Source of the DNA: Mantamonas sphyraenae STR306
Lineage: Eukaryota; Protista; CRuMs
DNA length: 64,000 nt
Assembly: GCA_026936335.1 (NCBI GenBank)
Contig: JAPMXV010000061.1
Location: 186,001 to 250,000 of the forward strand
Direction: 5' to 3'
Shown: in pieces, positions 54,685 to 64,000 of the stretch
Layout of the letters: every line of letters starts with the position of its first letter
Position numbering within the stretch: position 1 is the first letter of the stretch
Notes under the pieces: generated by a model
The model's database searches: none
Told to the model about the DNA's origin: nothing
The model's input: only the letters and a program-made list of their open reading frames with translations
Translations under genes and position numbers: made by a program

Positions 54685-55791
54685 ATGTCCTCCTCCACCG
54701 ACCTCGACCAGCCCGCCGAGCAACCGCAGCTGGAATCCCAGCCCGTCTCCATCAAGGAGACAAAGACGGACTTTGGGGTGCTCCTCATCCAACTCGAAGA
54801 CAATTCCCCTCGCGTTGACGAGGTCGTCGTGCGCAACCGCAATCTCAATCACGACAACACCGAGCTCCTCTTTGCCGCCCTTGCCGAAAACACACACGTC
54901 ACCGCCGTCAGTCTCATGAACGACCAGCTCGACGACGTCCAGGCCAAACAACTTGCCGCCTGCCTCGCTCGCAACTCCTCCCTCCAGCTCCTCTCCCTCT
55001 CTCGCAACGCCATCGGCTCTGAAGGCGCCATGGCCATCTTTGAAAGCCTTCGTCACAACTCCTCTCTCCAGATGCTCAACCTCGCCCTCCAGGACCTCGG
55101 CGACGACTCCGATCGCAGCCCCATCGACGACGCTGCCCTCGACGTTCTTGTCGACGTCCTCAAACGCGACAACAGCTCCCTTCGCGGCGTCAACCTCCGC
55201 GGCAACCTCGACTTTACAGAGGCCTCCGTTTCACCCCTCCTGCAGGTCATGCAGGTGTACAATCCACTCGTCGACGTGTACATCGACCGCTCGGCCTCCG
55301 CCGTCTCTGCCTCCACCCACGCCAACATATCAAACCTCATTGGCAAGCAGCAACAACGTACGCAGGCTGCCGACCAGCTCCGCCAGACCCTTGCTCTCCA
55401 AGCAGCCATCGCCAGCGAGTCCACCGCGTCCAGCACTTTCACCTCCAGCACCGCCTCCAGTATCAACCCCTCCTCCTCCTCCTCTTCCAGCAGCACCAAC
55501 ACCAGCAGCAGCACCACGACAACCACAGACAAGATTCCCCTCCTCGTCACTCGCCTCGACCTCGACGGCAACGAAACAAAACACCGCGTCCAGGCCTCTG
55601 CAGACCTCACAGACTCTCCCGCTCTCCTCGACCTCATCCTCACCAAGCTCAACCTCGACTGCACCCACGATTCCGTCAAGCTGGAGTACCTCGACACCGA
55701 TTTCGACGAGTGGACCCTCGTCGACGCAGACACGCTTGATCTCCTTTCCTCTGCCGGCAAGGGGAAGCTCCGCCTCACCCAGCTCTCATGA
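54685..55791 (+). CDS. RNI-like LRR protein with C-terminal PB1-like segment
   Basis: LRRs (NSSLQLLSLSRNAIGSEGA); C-terminal VKLEYLDTDFDEWTLV...KLRL. Confidence 0.75.
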   Translation: MSSSTDLDQPAEQPQLESQPVSIKETKTDFGVLLIQLEDNSPRVDEVVVRNRNLNHDNTELLFAALAENTHVTAVSLMNDQLDDVQAKQLAACLARNSSLQLLSLSRNAIGSEGAMAIFESLRHNSSLQMLNLALQDLGDDSDRSPIDDAALDVLVDVLKRDNSSLRGVNLRGNLDFTEASVSPLLQVMQVYNPLVDVYIDRSASAVSASTHANISNLIGKQQQRTQAADQLRQTLALQAAIASESTASSTFTSSTASSINPSSSSSSSSTNTSSSTTTTTDKIPLLVTRLDLDGNETKHRVQASADLTDSPALLDLILTKLNLDCTHDSVKLEYLDTDFDEWTLVDADTLDLLSSAGKGKLRLTQLS

Positions 55792-55879
55792 TGACCAATC
55801 AACTCAGCTTGCCAATTCGAAACCCCTTCCCCACCTTTGGTTGCCTCTCCCTCCACTGTTGCCAAGCCAAAGAACCGAA

Positions 55880-58800
55880 ATGGACCCTTTCCTGGCCCGA
55901 GTGGCCATCAACAGGGACGATTCAATCTTTAGCGTGGCTACCACCGCAGCCAAAAAGGCCCAGCCCTCCGAGGCGGCCTCCTTACACACGGGAACCTCTG
56001 GGTTTGATCTCGAATCCTTGTTTTCCAACTTTGACGACCATGAGCTCGTAGACACAATCTACGCCGCGGTCCAGGACGAGATCGCACGTGTATGTGCTCC
56101 CTTTCTTCCTTATCCCTTCCTCTCACCCGTCTCGCCCCACTCTCTTCTCCTCCCTCACTTTCCACATCATTCCGTCTGGCCGTCATCCCCACCGCACCAT
56201 CCACCACACACAACCTGACACTCCGACCCAACCTCCTCATGACCCAACCCCCCTCCTCACGCCAATCTCTCCGACTCCAAGGCCTCGAGGTTTAACAGCC
56301 GTCGGCAAGTCACCACGGTTGCCACACGCGATGCGGCGCAGGTGCGTTGGAATGTTCAGAATTCTCGCCAACCGTCTGCCCCCTCCTCCGCTCACACCCC
56401 TGTCCACAATCCCATTTGCAGATTGCCAAGAAACTCCTCAGCGAGTTTGATGCCAAGGCCGACGCTGCAGAGACAACGACCGACAAGCGCATTGCCATCA
56501 CACAGCACCTTGCGGACAAGGTGCGTTCACGAGAGAGCCCTCAGCCCACCCCTCTTTGCTCCCAAACTCACCTCAGACTCGCCCATTCCGCTTCCAACAC
56601 ATCTCCCTGCCCCAGTTCTCCACACGTTCCACTCGCAACACATCAAACTCTATCCTCGCCAGCGTCGACGTAGGTTCAGAGTCCATCGTCGACAAGCTGC
56701 TGCGCATTGTGTTTGCCAACGCGAAACTGGGCGGTGGCGCACGCCAAACGCTCCTCCAGGAGTTTTCCGATTCCCAGCTCGCCGACCTGCCCTCTGGTCT
56801 GTTTTCCGACCTGCTCAACCTCCGCGGCGAGCAACAAGAGACCCAGCATCTCTCCTTTCTGCTTCTCAACCTCGTCGGACGTGCCGCAGAGGCTGCCGAC
56901 CAGCAATCCCAGGCCGAACTCGAAGCCGACCCTGCGGACGCCTCCTCTTCCACAACCACCACCGCTGCCACCACCTCGGAAAAGGCCGCTCCCACACAGA
57001 CCCCACTGCACACCGTCACACAGGCCCTCCTTAGCACCTCGGGCACAAACGACCTCTTTCTCCTGCTGCTCCTTCTTCTCCACCACGGCGACCTCGGCCA
57101 CGACCACGCCGGCGAAAAACTTGCCGTCGACGGCCCGCTCAATGCCTGGATCACGGAACACATGGACAGCATGCGTGCACACGCTCTTGCAGACGAGCCT
57201 TCCGGTTCCACAGACCAACAATCTGGCGACGACTCGGACGCCCTCACAGAAGCTCAGCAGGAGGCTCTCATGAACATGACTGCCATGAGCGGCATGCCAG
57301 ACGACTGGTGCCTTGTCGCCCTCAAGCATTCCAACTGGGACCTCAACAACGCCGTCAACTGGATCTTTGACAACACAGACCGCGCCCAGGAGCTCGCTCA
57401 CGCCGAAGTCCAGAAGAAGGCCGAACGCAAACGTGCTCGCGAGGAGGCTCGCCTTGCTGCCGAACAGGCTCTCCAGACTCAGCAGGCCAAACGTGCTGCC
57501 GAAATCGAGCGCGCAAACAACGCCATGGGCGCACTCGACGTCTCGCTCATCACACAGTCCTCCCGCACCGATGCAGACGACAACGCTTCTGTTTTTCCTG
57601 ACATGACTCCTCACCAGCTTGCTCTCGCTCTTCTCGATCTCCTGCGCCAGTGGACCGTCGCCGCGACCGTGCGTGACACGTCCGCCGCTTCCGCTTCCTC
57701 CTCCTCATCCTCCGCCCAGGCTGGTCCGTCCACGGGTGACCTTCTCGCAACCCCCGAGGATGTACACCTCGCCAACAACGCCTGCATGTGCACAGACACA
57801 ATCAGCTTTGACCTGCTCCTGCACATCCAGCGCCTTTCTCAGAAGCGCCTCCTTGACCTCACACACGAGGCCGACGTCTCTGCAAACACATCCACAATCC
57901 TCCTCTACGCGTTTGCTCTCCACGTCTCGGGCCTTCTCATGCGCTACGCCCTCGACAGCATGGCCACAGGCAAGCTGCACCAAGGCAAGAAACCCACCCT
58001 TGCCACCTCGGCTGGTGAGCGCTACTCTCGCCCCAACAGCAAACGACGAAGCAGTCGTGGCGGCTTTGAATACGATTCTAGCAACAGCCAGGCCTACTGG
58101 CTCAAGAACGTCAGTGAGTACTCGTCCCAAGCCTCCGAAGAGGCTCGCTCCATGGAAGAGGCCATGGCCCTCAGCATGCTCGACGCATCCGGCCCCCACG
58201 GCGACAACGCAGACAGTACAGACGGCACAGGCTTCGACGCAGAGGAGCGCAAGCTCCTCCACGACGCACAGCTCAACATCGACCGATGCATCTCCTCTTC
58301 GATCGAGATGTCCCTCCGAGTCGTCTCGCAGATCCTTGACCTCAACGGCAAACAGTTTTCCATTGCCAACGAACGAGTATCCGTCGAAGCCAGCAACAAG
58401 GGCTTCCAGGCCATTCTCGACCTGTATCTCGGCATCTGGCACGACCACATGTCCCTCCTCTACCCGGATCCCACCACCCATCTCAAGCTCCTCCTTGTCC
58501 TCCTGCACTACAGCCAAAACAACGACGACGCCGACGGTGGCGCTGACGACGAGGATGACGACGAGGAGGACTGTGAGGATGACACCACGGATTCCAAGCC
58601 CACACAGGACCTTGCCGCCGAAATCCACCACCTGGGCGACTTTCCTCGCTCATGGATGGACCTTGCTCAGTCACCCATCGCCACGCGCCTGCTCAGCTCC
58701 CTCATGGACGAGTTTTGCGAATCGGGTGTCATGGATCAGTTCCACATGCAATTCAAGGGGCCCAGCGACGCAAAGTTTATCCAGAGCACAGACAGCGAGG

Positions 58801-61741
58801 AGGGCGCAGCGTCGTCTTCGTCGTCTTCGTCGTCTTCGTCGTCATCGGCTTCGTCCTCTTCCACCGCAGGCACGGAGGAAACCACGACGCCGACTACGCC
58901 CAAGGCCGACCTGGAAAACTTTCTGCGTACCCTCATTACCCTGCTCAACTCGCGCGTCTCCCTGCTCGCCGCCATCTATTCTACGCATGGCAACGTCGCC
59001 CCCACCGAGCAACAGGAACTCCTGCGGAGTTTCCGCAGGCTGCTCATGCACGTGCAGGTCGAACTCCTCATGAATTGCTACTGTGACGTGGAGCGCTGCA
59101 GCGCCGACACCTCGGTGCGCACGCAAGCTTTGCTGTCTACGGGGCCCCGTGCCCTTGCCCTCCACCTGCAGACTCGTCGCCTCGACCAACGCAAGGCCGC
59201 CTCTGCCCAACCCAACGACGACGCTCTCGATGGCGAATCCCTCGCCAGGCAAACCGTCGCCATGCGGAATGACCTCGAGCGCGCCGTTGCCAACTCCGAC
59301 GCCGCAGAGGTCACTCGCCTCAGCAGCGAGCTCCAAACCATGAAGAACCTCCTGCGCACACGAGTCGAGAGCAAAAAGGCAGCCCGCTCCGCCACGGGCT
59401 CCAGCTCCGCATCACGCAGCGTCGACGTTCAGTCCCTCGCCACGCAAATTGCCTTTGTGGCCTGGTATGCCGAACACCTGCTCACCGAGAGCCACACCAT
59501 GCTGACCGAGTTTCAGGATCTGTGCAAGTCGCTCGTGGACAAGCTCAAGCCCAGCGTCGACGACGTCGCCTCCTTGACACAGCACCTGCTCCTCCTTTCC
59601 GACTCGAGCGTCAATGTGCCGCTGCGCAGCCTGTGCACCAGCCTTGCGCTCGTGCCCGCCCAGCATCGTCTCTACTTTGCGCAGCGCCTGCTGCCGTCCG
59701 TCAAATCCCTGCTCCAACTCGTGTGCGACGTGCGTCCGCGACCAGGCTCCATTGTCGAGCAGGTGTCGCGCCTCATGGCCTCTGGCAAGAGTGACAAGGA
59801 CGAAGGAACCTCTGGCAGCGACGCCCACACAAAACTGGACAAGAACGCAAAGGTCCTCGCCGACAACAGTGCGTGGCTCAACGACCTGGCCAACCTGCTC
59901 GCCAAACTCGCCGGCATGTGTGCCGCATCCATGGTCGTTGGCGACGCGGAAGCCGCAAGTGACAAGGAATCCGAGTGGATGAGCTCGCATATCCTGCGCA
60001 ACGGCCTTCGCGCACACTTTCTCTCTCGCGACCCGCAGGGAAAGTTGCGAGCCACCAAACTGGGTGCCCCGCACGACAACACGGATGCCAGCGAGCGTCC
60101 AGCGCTTTCAAAGCCGAGCGAAGGCTTGAAGAAGTCACTGTCCTATCTCATCGACCTGTCCTCAGTCAGCGGCGAGGAGGAGGACCAGTTCCTGAACGAC
60201 CTCATCGAAGCCCGTGGCCACGCGGAGCCCTTTTGCATGTGGATGAAGAACCACGTGGGAGCCCTCGCAGGTGGCGGCAAGTTTGGCGGCGATGCAGTCG
60301 AGCGCGCTGTGCGCGCTGTGGCCGCCGTGCTCCTCAAACACAGCGGCAAGCTCGTGCACACCATGTACTTTGTCGAGGCCAACTTTGCCTCGCACAACCA
60401 GCGCGAACTGGACATGGCCGTCCGTCCGCACGCGTACATGATGCACATTTGGAAGAGTGCCTCCAGCATCAAGATGCACATCCGTTCGTTGCGCAATGAC
60501 ATCATGGCCGACCAGTCACTCGACCAGGACACAAGGCGTGCCCGTGCAGACTACGCCACCCTGGCCGAGGACATTGTCCGCAAGGCGCGCTTCCTGCTCA
60601 AGTTTGCCCCTGCCGCACCGGACGCCCCTTTCGACCCGTCTGTCCTCTCGCCCGTCATGAGCGCCAGCAACAGCTCGAACAACCTGTCCGAGCTCGCAGG
60701 ACCGCTCTCGTCCCAACTCTCCAGCGACGGCAGCAGCGGCGCAGCCAGCGGCGAGTCTGCAGAGAACGTCGTCGAGTCCATCAACAGCCTCAAGGACAAG
60801 CCGCTTGCCGAGGACCCGCTCTTTGTCTCTGTTCACCAGAGTGTCATGGACTACCTCAAGTCCACTGATCCGCAACTGCGTGTGATGACAGCCAGTAGCA
60901 CGACGTCCTCGTCCTCGTCCTCCGAAAACGACGACAGCTCGGCGTCCTCGTCGCCTGCGCTGGCCGAGTGGAACCTTCCGTTGCAATGTTTGCAGGACGA
61001 CGACCCGCCCCTCATGGTTTACGTCATGGCTCGCTGTGTGCGTGCTGGCATGCGCGCAAAGGGTCTGCTTGAGTTTGTCGAGCTGCTGGAGAACACCACC
61101 GAGCCGCAGGTCCAGCTGGCCGTCATTCGCACCTTTCCGCTGGCCTTTCGCGTGCCCACAGGTAGGCGCGGTGTCATGCATGTGCTGCACGGCTTGGAGA
61201 GCGCAAGCCCGCATCTGATGGAACGCCTCCAGAATTGCTTCAAGCGCATTTTCCGTCGCTTCCTCCTCATGCTGTCGCGGCCAAATTTGAACCTGGACGT
61301 GCGCGTGGCCATCCTCAACGCTCTCGCTCTCGTCATTCGCAAGAGTGAGCACGAGTTGCTGGACGAGGCCGGAGTGTTTCCGCTCCTGCACTCCATCCTC
61401 ACCGAGAGCGCAAACCCGGACGGCGAAGACGCAGCCTCTGGCCTGCATCGAGTCGAAAGCGGCCAGGTGTTCACTCTTGATGCCTCTGCGGCCAGCAGCG
61501 GCTCCTCGAGCCTGGACGACGAGGAGCGCGCGAGGTGGCTGCGCGAGACGCACTCCACCTGCTGGAATCTCCTGCTGCTGCACACCACCCAAGTTGTCAG
61601 CGAACTCGATGTCGCCGAAGGTCAGACAAGTGGTGACTCTGCGCAGGAGAACCTCGTGCGTGCGCTTTTTGACGTGCTCATCACCGAGCTCACAAACACC
61701 AGCGCCCAAATGCGCAACGAACTGCGTGAGCAAGAGTTTGG

Positions 61742-61837
<96 letters not shown>

Positions 61838-64000
61838 GTGCAAGTAGCAGCAGCAGCAGCAGCAGCACGAGCAGCAGTGATGACAGCAAGGACAAGGACA
61901 AAACCAGCCGGCTTTCGCTCCGAACAACTGCCAGCAGATTGTGGCACATTCGCACTCGTTGATGCATCCACGCAGCTTTTGCGTGCCAGAGTTGCTTCAC
62001 ATCAAGCCGAGCAATCAGAACGGCGCAAACGTGGCATACAGCATCACGCTGTGGGTGAACCCCATGCAAATGCACATGCGCCACAAGCTGTCGTCGTCGT
62101 CGCGAATTGTATTTGCACGTGTGGACGAGAAACACTTCCGCGCCAAGTTTCTCGTTTCGTCCGTTCACACAAGCTCCGAGATGCGCAGGCTGTGCTTCTT
62201 TGTGGACGTCGTCGACCCCAACGGCGACAAACTGAAGGAAATGGTAAAGGCCGAGGTGCCTGTGGACAAGTGGTCGCACATCGCCCTGGTGGTGTCGGGC
62301 AACGACGTGGCCATGTACGTGGACGGTTCTTTGGAAACCACGGGCCAGGTGTCCTCTGGCAGCGTGGCCCACCCCACGGCACATGACAGCATGTATCTGG
62401 GCGCGCTGCCGTCGAGCCATAGCGATGTGTTGGCTGAGTACAACATGCAGGAGTCCTTCCGTGGCTTTGTGGCCGACATGCGCTATCACACGCGAGCTTT
62501 GGACGCACAGCTCATCCGCTCGCTCATGGAAACGTCGCCAGAAACACAGACTGCCAACGACACGTGCCACCAGCTCCTGTCACTGCTGGTCTCGATCAGC
62601 AGGTCGCCCACAGTGATGGATCTGCTGGCAACACCGGCCAACGTCCGCCTGCTGCTGGATGAGCTGGAAAACGGCAACGCCAAGCGTGCAGTACGAGGCA
62701 TTGAACCTACTGCGTCAGATCCTGCTCACATGAAGCCGCAGGAGGACGTGCAGGGCGTGGGCAACATGGCCGACTTGCTGCTGGACATGATTGCCGAGCG
62801 CAGCGTGGGGCTTGCCTCCAACCCGTTTGTGGACGACCACATGCATGCGCAGGCCAAGAGTGTTTTGGGCCTGCGTGCGCATCTGGTCAGCGTTGCCCAG
62901 GATCTGCTCGGGAACGAGCGATGGATGCCTGTCATGCTGGAGAGTCTGCGCCAGCGCCTGGGCCTGGCCACAGACGTTGTGAGCCTTCTCAATGCACGCC
63001 GAGCCGAGAGCGAGGCTGAAGCCGAGGCCAGCGCCCTGAAAATGTCGGCTGGTTTGCTGAAAGCAGAGCGGCCGATGGAGGCTGGCGACGTGCGACGCAT
63101 CGGAGCTGTGCTTGCCGCATTGAGCGTCATGGGCGGTCAGGAGGAGGTGCTGCGCATGGGTGCCAAGGTGCGACAAAACGAACGTGTGGGAGTGGTGGAG
63201 GAGTACTCACCGCTTGGCCTTGTTGCAGGGGTACACTGGGCGGGCGATGCACGCACCCTGCACTACGAGCAGCTGCAGGTGTTGCAAGTGGTACAGCCGC
63301 AGCTCGATGACGTTTGTGTGTCTGTGTTTGAGCAGGTGAAGGACACGTTGCAACCGCTGTTGACCAGCGTTCTCTCCAGCGAGTTTCAGACCTCGCAGGT
63401 TGACAAAAAGTACGCCCTGCAGCTGAGCAGTAGCAGAAGCCGAGGCGGAAACACAGCATTCAGCATGCTTAGCTCCTTGAAACGAGACGCAGAGGCTGCT
63501 GCTGCCTTGACCGCAGCCAACAATGGAGAGAGTGGCGCCAAACAGGGCGACGACAAGCAGGAAAGCAGCAGCAGCAGCAAGGCGGTGCAGGTCGTGTGCG
63601 AGTCGACACTCCTCCGCGAGATCCAGCTGTGTGTACTGCGTGCTCTGGAGCGGTGGGTGGAGCAAGAGTCGGTGGTCAGTTGGCTGGTGGACACCGGCCT
63701 GTTTGGCCAAGTCTGCAGCCTGGGTCTGCATCCGACGTCGAGCGACAGCAGCGACGCATCGGAATTCCACACCCTGCGAGTGCAACGCACGTGCGGCAGT
63801 ACCTGCCAAGCAGTTCTCCTGAGCAGAGTGCAGCACCAGCTGCGCGAGCGCAAGTATGGCGAGGCGATCGGAACGCAGCTTTCGGTGTCAAGGAGCACAG
63901 AGGCAGAGGAAGACACCGTCGATGCCCAGCAACTTGCAGCTCAGGACGACATGGTCCAAGAATTGGTCTCGCTTACGGGATTCGAGCCGTCGTGGGCACG
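55880..64000 (+). CDS. Giant protein with UBA and LamG/ConA-like domains, possibly a HERC/HECTD4-type E3 ligase (3' truncated)
   Basis: Exons 55880-56089, 56282-56341, 56422-56520 and 56616 onward. UBA (MSGMPDDWCLVALKHSNWDLNNAVNWIFDN). Compensating indels at about 61836 and 61900, then open to the window end with YSITLWV...KWSHIALVV...MYVDG...FRGFVADMRY and a second UBA start. No HECT domain in the window. Confidence 0.75.
61746..61835 (+). repeat. (AGC)30 microsatellite encoding poly-Ser
   Basis: Perfect trinucleotide run inside the giant ORF. Confidence 0.95.

Overview
Gene-dense, GC-rich eukaryotic DNA, most likely from a heterotrophic protist. It has short GT-AG introns with CTGAC-type branch points, CA microsatellites and very short intergenic gaps. 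About 30 protein genes and two identical tRNA-His(GUG) genes are supportable. The main result is a clustered, apparently uncharacterised family of secreted precursor-like proteins at 1.4-12.8 kb: five full copies plus one acidic-only copy. Each full copy has a signal peptide, an Asp/Glu-rich pro-region, a mostly cationic 4-Cys helical domain, a short acidic spacer and a near-invariant C-terminal CSWLCWINNSC. Other notable items: the 3' end of a CatSper-gamma-like gene, a CDK pseudokinase, a Roco gene, a tandem LRR-ankyrin array with F-box-like tails, block-conserved upstream elements on both tRNA genes, a secreted PHB depolymerase, a stand-alone cereblon CULT protein and a 34-bp-stem hairpin. 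Several single-base frameshifts, including in conserved genes, look like assembly indel errors. All homology calls are from motif recognition by eye; no database searches were run.
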